From Bugula neritina (lineage: Eukaryota; Animalia; Bryozoa): a stretch of DNA of 64,000 nt. Location of the stretch: assembly GCA_964035545.1 (NCBI GenBank), contig OZ037771.1, forward strand, positions 12,461,133-12,525,132, in the 5' to 3' direction. The notes beneath the pieces are model-generated. The model was given only the letters and a program-made list of their open reading frames with translations. It had not been told where the DNA came from and searched no databases. Positions 25,000 through 55,365 of this stretch are shown here, piece after piece. Position 1 is the first letter of the stretch; each line of letters starts with the position of its first letter. A program made the translations under genes and the position numbers.

Positions 25000-26661
25000 G
25001 ATGTATGCCAGACGGATAGCTAATGCTTCAACAAGAAGCAAGAAAACAGAAATATGCACAAGTGAAGTGCTAGGGATACAAAGGAATTAGTTGATGTGGC
25101 TACTATCAAACCTTATCGCTTGTTGAAAGTGATAGGATGTACATTAAGGAACTGTCTAGCACTTAAATACGTGCATGCAATCTTATACATGATCAAACAA
25201 TCAATTATGTAGTTTTCTTTATATGCATTAAAATAAAATTCAGTGCGTTTATAAAATGCAGAAAGCTTTTAGAAATTGTCGGCTAAATTTTGAAAAAAAA
25301 AAACAAATCCATTTGCAGATAAAGTTTACATTAGTAGTTTAAAATCCTTCTTTCTTCAATATTGCAACCATGCACACAACACACAAGTCACAACCCATAC
25401 ACATATTTATATGAATATTTTACACCCCATTAATTTTATAGGTTTATATAAAGTCATTTTGTTGTCATTGCGTGATATAATATGTTGCATTATACTTTCC
25501 AAATACCAAGCTTGCTTGCCCAATAGTATTTTACTCAATAACACAAATTAGTATAGATTTGTTTGTGCTAGAAATCAGACTCAAAGCAGTATTTATAATT
25601 TAGCTTTAGTTTTCAGTGCAATTCATTTGTCTAAGAGAGATACAGTTCTTTATTTTACTACAACTCGAATTATTTACATATTTAATCTCATCAATTCTTT
25701 TTCAGATGTCCAATAGTTCTCTTGATAGCAAAAGCTAAAGGGAAATACAGCAGCTGCTAATAATGCTGCTGAGGTCAATAATTTAACCTACTTAGTCATT
25801 TCTCAGCAAGAGAGTGTAAACATCAGAAAGAAGAAGCATTTAAACTTCAAACAATTAATATTTTCACATTGAATTTGTTGTTTGAGAGCTATACCATGCA
25901 AAGCTAAATTTGCTGGTCTCTCAGCATGGGCATATTTTCCAGTTCAGTTTCAAGCATGTCATAACAAACTTCTTTAAATTTGAGGTTTTTTTTCTAAAAT
26001 TTAAATTGACATTATAGGCTATATTTCGCCTTTAAAAGCCATGTAATATTAGCTAGCTGGTAACTTGCTTGAATGCAAAAGTGGCTGTACTGTATTATGT
26101 AACTAGCAGTGCTGTTGGACATATTAAACTTGTAGCCAATCTTTTCAAAAGTATTAGCTTTTAGGGAAATTATTTTTTCTCTTTAAATATAGATATGTAA
26201 GATCAAGTAATATTCTGATATGGTAACTAATTTTCTTTTTGAAATCTTCAACATAGCAAATAATATCATTCACTATATTAATAAAAATGAAGTACATGCA
26301 TATCAACACTGTATATAATATATTGATTTCTCATCACTATTATGACAGCTGAAGGGTATGAAAGCACTTTTTCTGTTTATTCATGTGTAGATGGATATTA
26401 AGTTTTATCATAATTTATTATTTTACTATTATTAAATTTTAGTATTGCTTTTGAAAAGATAACATAGTATTAGGTAAAAATATAGGTTTTTAAGACCATT
26501 GTTAGTTACATATCTTCAGCTTGAAACAAAAAATTCCATCCTCATTATCTCTTGATATCAACAATGGAGACCTTGAGACATACAATGCGTTACAAGTATG
26601 ACTTACTACTTCAATAACATAATCTGTTAAGAAGCTTTCTACAAGGGCTGGACATATCAGC

Positions 26662-42680
<16,019 letters not shown>

Positions 42681-42709
42681 CCAATCACAAGACACTTAAT
42701 TAGTGCTGC

Positions 42710-42815
42710 ATGTAGTCATACTGTATGTGTATGTATAGCCATACTGTATGTATATGTATAGTCATACTATATGTGTATGTATAGTCATACTGTATGTGTA
42801 TGTATAGTCATACTG
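42710..42815. repeat. 24-bp tandem repeat (tagtcatactgtatgtgtatgta-like), ~4 copies, in the 3' UTR region
   Basis: Directly visible. Confidence 0.85.
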
Positions 42816-43894
42816 TTAATTGGTGATACTATGAGGATATCCAGCTCTTTCACTAATTGAAAGTTGTATATATTTTACAACAAACAAAATATAAAAATTT
42901 ACCAAAAATGGTAAATTTTAATTTTATTTAGCAAGCAATTTCATCACTACAAAGTTTACTGCCTAATGTGTTATATTTTAAAAGCAGCATGGAATCTGTC
43001 ACATAATCTAGTCCGACGTACTTAATTTAATAAACTTCATAATTAGACAAAACACATTGTGAATCATATCTGCTGTGAGTGAACTGTAAAATAAGCCGAG
43101 TAAAGCAAACAAAAACATAGTTCTTGCCTTTATCAACTTAATTACAGGAATTACTTAATACTGAGTGTTATTTCATTATTTGAAAATAGTTGGATATTAT
43201 ATAGATTATTATTAGTATTATATATGAGCACATTAACTTAAAACACTATTCTTACCTGATTGACTCAATAAATAAAACATTACAGAAAAAATCTGATAAA
43301 GATTTAACACTCATCTATATTGTACTTGATAACATTTGTACTTCAGAATGCATTTAGTTGAATAGTTACACTGCCTGTACATACAATATGCACATAGTGA
43401 CTGAAGGTGGAGAATATTTTTCAAGTTGAAATATGCATAAAAGTTTGCAATAATTATTCTGAACAAATTAGCACTCGAATCATCTAGTAACACATGTACA
43501 ACCCTCTGCAGTAGCTATGAATACTAAGGCTATGCTGTTTGTGTCTTGGGTTAAGGGGACGGGTGGTGACGTACCAAGGATTGTTTTAGATTGTTTCACT
43601 AGAAAACAGGTTTTATGGGATTATGCTCTCAATGATTTAATAGGTTAATGCAAAGTAAGCATTAAATTTTGTATCAATAACATTATTTTATGCAAAAATT
43701 CCAAAACAAAAAGCAACTCATGTCAGAAAACACAAGTTGATTTATAATTTAAACTACAAATATTATCCATGTTCTTAGAAAAGCAGTTGTATACTTGCTC
43801 TATCATAAAGGGAAGAAATCCTACTTGATATTTTCCTAAATTTAAGACAGGAGTTGATTTTGAAATGATAACAATATATTGTTACTAGCAACAA

Positions 43895-44107
43895 CAAAAA
43901 ACTTACGCAAGTTTATAGTCGCTATCCTTGTGAGAAACCCCTGATGTAAAAGGTTTTTGTCAAATCGAGCTAAGGACTTATTTAAATGAGGCGCAAGAGC
44001 AATTATAGCTGGATGCTCTTCCTAACATCATCGATGGCCTTTGTCGGGGTTCAAACCCATGACCTTGTGTTTACTAGGCAAACGCTCTAACCCCTAAATC
44101 ACGGTTG
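43895..44107 (-). mobile_element. tRNA(Thr)-derived SINE family 1
   Basis: Reverse complement matches the family head and body. Confidence 0.85.
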
Positions 44108-46414
44108 TTAGCAATAGCAGGTTGTCAAAGATGGAATCAGGTTAGATATGTGGAAGTAAAACGTTAAGTTTAAATTTTAATCTTTTTACAGATGAGAAGC
44201 TTTTCCAACACATGAAAGATTTTGTGATAAAAAATATAATTAATGAGTCATGCGAAGTACACGTAGTTTACTGTTCTTTGAGTTCTGTGTGTAGCATGAT
44301 TCATCAGTGATCTGAGGATAGACTTCTAAGTCTTAACAATAAATTAATTTTGACAGAAATCTCCTCTCCTAAGAGATGAGGTACTTAATGCCATAATACT
44401 TTGGCCTGAACAATCATATGTGTGTAAGTCATGGCACTTGATTTAGTGAAACATTAAAAATTGTCAGAATGTCAAATTGGCAAGTCAAATATTTTGTTTG
44501 TAAAAACAAACTTGAACAATTTTTTCTAAGTGTTTTTTGTATTGTTTTTTTATAAATTGTTCAGTACTGTTTAAAAATTTCTTAGTTGTATTGTTTTTCA
44601 ATAATCACCATAAACATCAGCTTTCCTTATGTAGTACATGAGAACTTATTATTGTTAAACCTGTTTGAGATGCTCACCTTGGCTGTAATACATAATATTA
44701 ACCTATATTGAGTCACTGTACACTTAAATTGTTTTAGAAGCAAAAACAAAAAACGTAGAAATGCTTAGCCTACGTGTCTCACGCTATATCCTCCACTTTC
44801 AGAATTTAATTTAAGTAGTTTCCTTGAATGTCCAACATTAACAGCCAGATAGTCTGGTGGCGTATGCTGTACAGGTATGCTCTTCCTGGTGTGATGTTTA
44901 ACACTCTGCACAACCCTGTGGCTGATATTCAGGGCTGATACTTAAAAAAGACTGTGTTCCAGATTGTAAAGATCACAGAAGAAAGTATAGTGTTGATTAA
45001 CAAGGACAATTAAATAATTTGGGCTAATAAAATTTGCTAATTACCGCACCTAAATACCCTGAGATGTTTGAGGTTATTGTCATTATAATCCAAGTATATT
45101 TTTAAGGTTTAAAACTAAAATAGAAACAATGACAAAGCCTACGTCATACAGGTGTTACAGCCCGTTTCCATGGTGATTAATTGTTATAGGGAAATGAAAG
45201 CAGTTTATCTAGACACGGGTGTTGTGAACTCACAAATAGCTTGATTGATAACCTAATTATGCTGGCTGTAATATCGTAGCATAAAAACATTATATGCTTC
45301 CTCAATATATGACAAACCTGCAGTCACACATTCACTCAAGCATGACATGTTGATTCGTTTATCTTGAAAATATTCACAATAAATTTACGCAGACGTTCAG
45401 TTGCTTCTACTATGCCACATCATACTGTTGGTGCTTCTATTAGCAGTTGCAATCACTTTTAAAGACCACCACTACTGTTGTACTATTACTAGTTATTGGT
45501 GACTACCACTACTCATACTGCTTTACTATTACTAGTTATTAGTGACTATCACTATTACTAAACTATTACTTAGTACACTAGTAGCACTAGTTAATAGTGC
45601 TCTTACTATTGGATGTTCTACAGCAGCCTATACTCTCCCTAGCTGTCATTAGGTTAACTACAACTCATAGACTTAGAACTAGAAGATTCAGTTTCTAATG
45701 CTGTCGGGCTATATCTGATCTTAGCATTAGAATTAGTATTCACAACCTATAGTTCCGATGAAAGGCAAAAGGTATGTACCATTATTATCCTTCAACATAA
45801 TTTGTAACAGCATTTACTTGGCAAGCTTTACATCACCATCTAGGTACATGCGCCATCATCATTTAAGAAAGATCCGTAGCCCAACTTCTTTAATTTTTAA
45901 TGCATATTTTCATTTAGGGTGTGAGACATATTGTGAGAACTTCGTCTGCGGTAATTGTTATATGGAGCAATAGCTTTTCTCAATTTTACCATTACTGCAC
46001 CTATCAAAGCAGCTGAGTCAACTTGTTTTGTTTTGGCTGTCCATCATGAAGCTTACTCATATGTGTTTAGTACATGAGAATTAAGATGTAATGTAGTTTC
46101 TCCTCTTTAAACTGTAAATGGTGGATTACTGATCAATGAATTGAGGTGCAGAGTTTAAATTTTTTAAATAGCGTTAGGTTAGTTATATCAGATATGTGTA
46201 GTATAAAATGTTGTCTGCCTCCACAATGCGGCAATCACACTCCAAACCCATACTCTAAACTAGAATTTGTGAGCTAAAGCTATACTAAAATATGCATCAC
46301 TGCGCACCACATTTTTAGCACAGTTTTTTGACTAAGTTCGAGTAACACTAAATTTGAAGAAAGCACAGAACAAGCAAAATATAAATACTCAGAAGTGATT
46401 GTTATAATTGTAGA

Positions 46415-49400
46415 ATGGATAGAGGTATGAGAACTGGCCTGTCAGTTGAAACCTCACTGGATATGGGAGAAGACACTGCAGATAGTATATGTGAGTATTA
46501 GTACTCAATCAAGTGTCATGACGTGTTATTGTAATTCATACACTCTGCTCATTATCAGATAAACATTCAACCTGTCAACTGTTGCCACATACTAATTATA
46601 TACATTATTGAGGATAACTTATTGTTAGATGCCTATGTTGCATCAGCTGCTTATAAAACAATAAGTTGAAGGCTTTGAGAAAAGCTAGGCATATGATTCA
46701 GTGTTGAATTCGTTTTGAGTTGTTTATTAACAACTTTTATTATCATAGCATGGCAGTTCTGTTGAAGTCATTGTTCTGGGCCAATGCTATGAGGCTCCAT
46801 GTATATAACAATATACAGCATGGATTATCTCAAATCTCTATCACTGCGTTTCCATTATCGCATTATGCGAATGGATTTTCTCATTCGCTCTATGGAAACA
46901 GTTGCATCGAAGCAATACCGCAGCCGGAAGTTACACCGAACGGTTCCTTCGATGAAAAATTTCCTCCGCATTGTGCGCATGATGGAAATGGTTCCTTCGG
47001 TTAAATCGAATGAAACCTTTTGTGTCGGAGGCAGAGATCAGCATTTGTGGCGGCTAGTTACATAGTTACGCGATGTCAACAATAATTATAAGTTACAACC
47101 TACGCTAAAGTGTACTTCGGCTCTTAAAAATTCAAATTATTTTATTTATCCTAGCTGCTATTATTTAAAATAATTACTAATCATCCTAAATTTATAAAAA
47201 AAATTCGTAAGTCAACGCTTTTCTGAGCTAAAAATAAGTTGACAGCTATTTTCATTTTGAAAATTTAAATTACTTTTAAGCTTTAGTTATCTTCACGAAA
47301 TACTTAATGCTTTCATTGGTTTATGCTTTTTTATTTTAAATAAACTGACTCAAAGTTTGTGTATTCACTTGATTTAATCTATCAAAAATATAGAGACAGA
47401 ATTGAAAAAATGTCGTTGTGCATGAACTCAAACTCAAAGTTGGCCATATTAATTATCATTTTAGTTCAGCCGTCACAAATATAAAAAGAAGATAATTTCG
47501 TACGAATTGCATAGGAACTTGTGGTTTTTCCTTCGATGTAATCCGTACGGGCATCCTGTACGCATTCATTCGCCTTCATGGAAACGCAGTGTATAGCTAA
47601 AAGCTTTTATTATATCTGCTGTGTGCAGCCATGCGTGGGTGTGCTATAAGGAAAATCTAAGAACATGATGAGTCATGCTGTTGGAGTATATTCTAACATT
47701 TAGAACACAAAGCTACACAAAACGTAACTTTGCAATATGTTGCAGTAGGAATAAAAATTTTGCCTTCTATAACATCGAACTATTTTCTTATAAAAATATG
47801 TGCAAATGAAATAAAAAGAGCACATTACAACTTTTCTAAAGATGTAAAAGAATTAATACGAAGGTTTAAGGCCTAATAATCATGTAGTAGCTGTTGTGGG
47901 TAAAAGGCAAAAGAAACATCTCTTGAGATTGGTCTAAGAAAACTGTATTATCTAGTTATACTCTCCATATGTATTTGTAGGGCTAGAAGTGTATGAATTC
48001 CCAGCAGATTGTGTAGCTACAGAGTTGTCTTACCATTTCTCATGTATTCCTTACTCTGCTGAGTGCAGAACTCCTCTCAACAGGATGTGGAACCCCAGAT
48101 CCTCAACATTTGTTCTAGAATTTTCCTCATCAGGTTTGCAACTCATACTTCATACATAATCTGTTGTAGGACAACCAATTGTCTATAGGAGTTGTCTTCT
48201 ATTGAAGAATTTATTTTTGGAGTGGTACACTCAATAAGTTGGATATTAAATAGTCAAATTATCAGATTCCTTGAGAAGTTTTAGGAAGCTTTGTAAATTC
48301 TGCTTTTTCGTTATATCAGCAAACCTTGCACTTATAATATTGTATTTTGAGTATCATTGCTTATGATCTACTATAATTTGCAGATGCTCAAAAAATCATG
48401 ACTAATCCAACGCAATTCCTGGACGAAGATGACTTGACGTCTGCTATCAAAGTGAATCAGCTGCAGGTGCGCAGATCCGCTCAGGTTCTGGTGACTTGTG
48501 AGCACGAGATCAGTTCCCGGATGGTAAAGAACTACTTCAAGAGGTTTGGGGAGGTTGAGACGTGCTATCAGCAACAGTACGCCATCTTGTTTGGAGATTA
48601 CCGAGCTATTCTTACCTTCAGGAGTCAGTCAGGTAAACTGCTGAGCTCTGAGATCTCAATATACTTAAAAAATAAATAGTATAAATCGACTGAGAGATTA
48701 AAGATAAGTTTTGGCAATCTTCCAAGATGCTAAAAATTGTTGTAATTTTTTTCTAAAAGGCAGTTGATGATGACTTGATGGTAAATGACATAATAATATA
48801 AGCTTTTCATTGTTTTCCCATGAGAAAAAAATTTTAGATTCTACTAATTAAATAAAACTAATAACAGACATCTTTTTAATACTGAAATATTCAGTACTAG
48901 CAGTATATAACAATATTAAATATAATATACAATATTGATTATGATATTATTACATTGACTCTTTTTTGTTTTCCAGCTGCGGAACAGGTGGTCAGTATAA
49001 ATCAGCACCAAATAGCTCCATCATTCTCCGTGAAAACTCAGCTTCTACAGGATGACATTCAGCGATGTGCAGGTAACTTTTGTGAGCAGATAATCTGTGT
49101 GCAGGTAATTTGTGTGCGGGTAATTACCAATATATGTATTATCATTTAACTTCATATCTACTCATTAAATTATTACATTTTTAAAATAATTGTACACTGG
49201 AGTCAACTAATGGTAAATATGGAGAAGGAGATGGGTTGGAATAATTAACATTTAGCTCTATGACTGTAACATTTCAAGCCAGCACAGTTGTTGGTATCTA
49301 GAATGCAAAGGTCATGGCATGAAAATACGTGTTATTCTCTGCTGTTAAACTTAGTGTCCTAGTGTCACTCTTTTACTGACACGGATGAAATCATGTCACT

Positions 49401-52400
49401 GTATTTCTGCAATATGTACTAGTAGTAATAGTGGCAGTAGTTACTAGTACTGGTAGTTAATAGTACTGGTATAGTTATTAGTACTGGTAGTTATTAGTAG
49501 TTTTAGTTACTAGTGGTGATAGTTACTATGCAGTACTGGTAGTTACTAGTGGCGATAGTGGTCACAGTGCTAGTAGTTGTAGCAGCAGCCGTTATTAGTA
49601 AATCAGTGTCATAATGTGTAACTCAACAATTGTTTCAGATGAACCAACCAGCCCCACTGGCACCTCCTACTCTCTCAGCTTTGACATGGACAGTGTCTCT
49701 AGCATTCTACCGGCGTATAAACCAATCAAGGCAATTCCAGAACTTCCAGCAACACTTTCTGAAAATCCTCTCACATTGACCTCCACGCAACAACCGCATG
49801 ACTCATTGAACTCTAGTCTCACATCTGGATATCAAAGTAATACAATATGACTTAATTTATAATATAGTAGTAATATATAGTAATATAATGGGAATCAATT
49901 CTTTACAAGATATCAAGTTATAACGACTGTTAACTACGAAAGTTATATGCTGAGGTGTATTGTAGGCTTTAGGGTGTTTTGCTTTACAGCTGCAAGATAT
50001 AAAGCATTGTTTTTAGGTACTTGGGAATATATTTAGCTCAAGTTTATAACTTTTAATTAGCCGTTTAATTTTGATTTCTTATTGCTTTGCCTCACACGTA
50101 AAAACTGTTTTATGCTATCAGTAATAAGTAGAACTTATGCTATAGGAAAAATCTACAAGTCTGTCCCTGCCTCAACAAAAGGATACGTCATGGGACTGAC
50201 TTACTTCAATAGTGTTTATCAAGTTGTTTATCATGTTGTTATCCAAGTTGTTTATCATTTTGTTATCCAAGTTGTTTACTATGTTGTTATCCAATTTGTT
50301 ATTCATGTTTCTATCATAATAAATAATAAAATAAGTGAAACTTGCAAATAATGAAGATAACATATTATGCAGAGCGAACTCTGTAGCCATTTTACAAGTC
50401 TGCAAATACGTATATGTATATGTAAATCTATCATATATTAATTGATATAAAACTCAGAATTATGTACTTTATTTTGTTCTGACGAGGAGACAAATCCTAA
50501 TACAGCCAGTATAAACTGCTGTAAACATATTACTTACATTGCAGACATGGCGAGTATACACGTTTATGAGACTGTGCCAAGTTTGCCTACTGAATACTAT
50601 AACCAGCCTCTGCCTTACCAACCTACTCAGCAATCACCTGATGTGCCACAGCAAGCACCTGCTCCATCCACCACACAGGTGCCCCCACCACCTGATCATT
50701 ACGCACCACCCCCACCTTTACCACCTTTAAATATTGAAGAAGTGCCACCTGTGGTCCCAGGCCAACTATCTGCTCCATCTGTTCCATCTCCTCCAGCGCA
50801 CCAAGCACCTGTTCCACCATTTCAGCAAGCACCTGCTCTAGTCATGACACATTTGACGGTTCCATCAACTCAGAGAGCACCTGCTTTATCTGTTCAAAAA
50901 GCACCTGCTACAAGTGTTCCTCCACCACCCGCACATCAAGCTCCTGTGCCACCCATCCCAGTCCCAACTGTCAGTTTGCAAAGCTGTGTTCAAGTGAAGA
51001 ACTGCATTATAAGATTGGTTAAGGGAGACCTTAGTAATCATGCTGCCGATGTCTTAGTTCACAGCAGTGGTGAGTATTGTTATCACGCTGCCAATGTGTT
51101 GGTCTACAGCAGCATAAGTGTTGAGAAATACTTGGTGCTTTTTAGAAGAAACTTTTTTAATGCTGAGTGAATGGCAGCTAAGATTAATTTAGCAACTTTT
51201 TTCCAAATTGACTTTTTTTCTTTAGTTTTCTTACACTTTGCATAGTGTTGTTTGTGCATTGAATATTCGCTAACCAAAATCGATCAAATTATTTTTTCTG
51301 AATACAGGTGCAACATCCCAAGCTCTCTATATGAAATGCAATACAATGACATCTTCAGTTGAGATTATTCAGACTATTGAAGGTAAACCTTTAGTAATCA
51401 TTGACACTAATAACTAGTCAATTCATAGTTGTGAATCTTTAAAGCTGTTATAGCTGTAGAGTTCAGGGACTACAGGACTACAGTGTATCGTAATAGTGAC
51501 AGTCATAGCAAGTATTGGTATCACAAAGATTTGTTTGCCAAACCCAAATATCAAATTAAAACTTGCTAATAAAAGTTAAAACTACAAATATCCATCTCTA
51601 CATTAACAGGCAATGTTAATGAGAGATTACGCTATTTGTATACTACACTTCTATTAGAATCAGAAGCCTAATTTTGCATCATAAAATATACTTTAAATTT
51701 ATTAGTAAGACCAATTTAAACCCAAGCTGCTAGGTTTCAATCCCATATAGCTTTGAACTTTTAATATCTATTGGCTATCTAAAACCTAAAAAGTGTAAAT
51801 ATGCTTCAACGAAATTTTTCATAATATCATTACTTTCATTATACGTTATGAAAAGTTGACATGTAGACTTTTACATTGTTATATAGTAAGACGCTCTGAG
51901 AGTATCACCATCACCACTGCTCCTAATCTAGCAGCTAAGTTCCTCATTGGTTTCAAGCTATGTCACTCTAATGTCAAGGAAAGTCAGCGTAAATTAGTTA
52001 CAGCCTCTCTTCAACACTGTGAAAAGCTGAAAGTACGGTCCATTGCTTTCCCTGCACTTGGTATAGGTATGTATGAACAATCAGCTTATACTTTTGCATT
52101 AATGTGAAAACCGATATAATATATGATACTATTCCAATTGCTTTGAACTTGTATTAGTGTGCAGTTTTAAAAAACTTTTTTATTTAGCTTTTAATTTAGT
52201 TTTTTATAAAATGAAGCTTTGAAGGTGCAGCACTCTTAGCCAATTAATGGGTTTTCCAGTAACCTAGAATGTTCGAAGTTCCTCTCCTAACAACTGAAAA
52301 GTTATTTATCTAAGTTTCATTTCACTAGACTACAAATATGGCCATATAAATGCTATATAGATTGTCATAGCGATTGTATACATGTTGTCATGGTGATAGT

Positions 52401-52685
52401 ATATATGTTGTTATGGCAATAGTATACATGTTGTTATCACACTTTTATGATGTATTTTGTACAGGTTGTCTCGGAGAATCTGCAAAAACCATGGCTCCAG
52501 TATTGATGAACTCTATAATTGAGTATTTAGTGAATAATGCACAAACTGCATTAGAGATCATTGACATTGTGATATACACAGATAATGCTCTCCACGACTA
52601 CGTTGAAGCCATGACTCATCACACAAGAGCTCGCTCACCTACGAAGCCTAATGGAATAGTCCAGAAAGTTCTGAGATTGTTCTAG
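46415..52685 (+). CDS. RRM-like x2 + Pro-rich/Tyr linker + degenerate macrodomain protein, copy B
   Basis: Exons 46415-46490 (putative ATG), 47981-48133, 48384-48632, 48977-49072, 49639-49836, 50545-51069, 51308-51382, 51887-52066, 52465-52685(stop); all phase 1; motifs 'VKNYFKRFGEVETC', 'IRLVKGDL', 'SIAFPALGIGCLG', 'LEIIDIVIY'. Confidence 0.87.
46842..47591. mobile_element. Non-autonomous DNA transposon with 14-bp TIRs
   Basis: tat|cactgcgtttccat ... atggaaacgcagtg|tat. Confidence 0.65.
50213..50312. repeat. 12/24-bp tandem repeat (gtttatcaagtt-like)
   Basis: Directly visible. Confidence 0.8.
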
Positions 52686-53028
52686 GTGCTGTTAGGTTCC
52701 TTGCTAATTTATTGTACAAGTATTATTATGTCAGAATCTTACTGTGAATTTTAGTCACTACTCAAAATTTTATATGTTTTCAATTGTTTTTGCTTTTATC
52801 AAGGTTAATGTAGATTTTTGGATATCTTCATGATTGCTGGGGTTCAATATTTTAGCATTTATTTAAAACTTCAACAATGAATCACACTTTATCTTTTAAA
52901 AAAGTTAAATTCATTTTTATTGGTATATTTTATTAAAACTATGCATTTCAAAGCTTTTAGCAGGCTAATTTTTAGGCATGTTTTTGTGTACGGTACTTTT
53001 ATTGCTTACAAGTTTTTAAAATCTTTAT

Positions 53029-55365
53029 TCAGCCAATAATAGACTGGCTTTTATAAAACTTCTGACTTTTCTCGCAGACAAATGCGTGTATTTGGTCACA
53101 CCAGTCATCATCCATCTGCATGTTGCCTTTACCAAAGCACCTGTAACCACCGTATATGTTCAGACAGTCTCCTACGTTCTTCTTGTACCCGTATCCACTT
53201 GGCTCTCCTGGTGCCCAATCAAAATCTACCATTTCTTGAGAAATATTCATCTCGCTGTCCATCCAGTACCATGTGCCATTTATCCTTCTCCCTCCAAACC
53301 ACATGTGAGGAATCACTCTCAAATCTAAGGACAGCCATATTATTAAATTAAATACGATACTTTTCAGTAGTTTTAACTACTAACTATATAAGTGAGTTTT
53401 ACTCACGAAACACTATAATTAAACCATGATAGTGTATAACTTTGACTTTATCACCAATAAATTTTATTTTGCAACCATCTCACAATGTGTTCAAACGCTG
53501 GTGTGCGTAGAATTTCAGTTAATATAGCATAAAATATTCTATACCATTTTGCCTAATAAGTGTATGTCATACAAAACTCACACAAGTTTATAGTTGCTAT
53601 CCCTGTGAGAACCCCTGATGGGAGGGATATTTTTGTTAAATCAAGCTAAGGACTTATTCAGATAAGGCACAGGAGCAATTATGACTGGATGCTCCTCCTA
53701 ACATCACCAATGGCTTTTGTCCGGTTCGAACCCATGACTTCGTGTTTACTAGGCAAACGCTCTAACCTCTAGACCACTGCTGCTCCCTGCATGTATAATG
53801 TCATACAAAACTATCGGTGATAAAATGTTTGATCATGCATATAGTGTCTGTGTGCAGATAATTCAACCCGCTGTAACTGCTGTATATGATATGTCTTCAG
53901 GACAACCCAAACCAGGATATACTGCAACTTACACTTTTGGATAGAAGAAACTGATGGTTCTACCAAACTATAATATATCAAATAATACGTGCATGTAAAT
54001 TCTAGCCAGAGCAATGTTGTGCGTATTCTAACCTAATAAATATAACATACTTATAACATGAGCAGAAAAACTGTTTACATGGTTGATTGGTGCGCCTTCC
54101 TTTCATAAACTTCAGCTCCTCTAAGGTATCAAGAGTTGCTAAAGAAGCTTCTTCACCTTTACAGATCTCTTGAGCTTCTCCCCAAGTCTTCCTTTCGTCA
54201 AGAAAGAACTTGTAGCAGGTGCCGAAAGGTGTCCATACCCATCCATTAGCCTTGTCACATGTTCCTACAATATTATACACCCCTTGTCACATGTTCCTAC
54301 AATATTATACACCCCTTGTCACATGTTCCTACAATATTATATACCCCTTGTCACATGCTCCTACAATATTATACACCCCTTGTCACATGTTCCTACAATA
54401 TTATACACCCCTTGTCACATGTTCCTACAATATTATACACCCCTTGTCACATGTTCCTACAATATTATACATCCCTTGTCACATGTTCCTACAATATTAT
54501 ACACCCCTTGTCACATGTTCCTACAATATTATACACCCCTTGTCACATGTTCCTACAATATTATACCCCCCTTGTCACATGTTCCTACAATATTATACAC
54601 CCCTTGTCACATGTTCCTACAATATTATACACCCCTTGTCACATGTTCCTACAATATTATACACCCCTTGTCACATGTTCCTACAATATTATACACCCCT
54701 TGTCACATGTTCCTACAATATTATACACCCCTTGTCACATGTTCCTACAATATTATATACCCCTTGTCACATGTTCCTACAATATTATACACCCCTTGTC
54801 ACATGTTTCTACAATATTATACCCCCCTTGTCACATGTTCCTACAATATTATACACCCCTTGTCACATGTTCCTACAATATTATACACCCCTTGTCACAT
54901 GTTTCTACAATATTATACACCCTATGTCACATGCTCCTATAATATTATACACCCTATGTCACATGTTCCTGCTATAATATTATACATCTTATGTCACATG
55001 CTCCTGCTATATTATGCACTCTTTGTCACACGCTCCTACTATATTATAAATGATATGTCATTGAGCTGATTTGAATGTTCAAAGTTTAGATTTTCAAGCT
55101 AGCCCAGTGATAAGGCTGTGTGTTGCAGCAGCTAAGAATAGTATGCAATAAAAGTTAACAATAGTTACTTCAGAAATGTCATCAGCATGAACACAGAATT
55201 TCTTCTAAAACAAAATTGTTTGAGAATACAACCCTAAACATTTTGTAAATGATAATCTAAAGCATATTTTAATATTTTAAGGTCAACACTTTAAATGTTA
55301 CCTGCTGCAGCGACATGAAGTAAAACTGCTGTCGTCAGCAGACCCAAGTAGAAGCCCAGCTGCAT
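53029..55365 (-). CDS. Secreted single-domain C-type lectin 1 (EPS/MDD)
   Basis: Exons 55365-55302 (signal peptide MQLGFYLGLLTTAVLLHVAAA), 54264-54079 (C..GW...CYKF...W.EAQEIC...LA), 53324-53029 (WFGG, W..GEPS, C, MDDDWC, FVCE). Confidence 0.92.
53579..53788 (-). mobile_element. tRNA(Thr)-derived SINE family 1
   Basis: Full head and body; atgtcatacaaaact repeated on both sides. Confidence 0.88.
54250..55045. repeat. 32-bp minisatellite (ccccttgtcacatgttcctacaatattataca), ~24 copies, containing the lectin exon-2 acceptor
   Basis: Minus-strand unit is tgtataatattgtag|GAACATGTGACAAGGGG. Confidence 0.95.

Noticed and set aside
46720-47065. ORFs inside the TIR element as a transposase
   Set aside because: Short, with no DDE or HTH motif recognised
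54170-55069. Three long overlapping + strand ORFs (227-299 aa), and a CRISPR-like look
   Set aside because: They are translations of the 32-bp minisatellite; the units are contiguous with no unique spacers, and the context is eukaryotic
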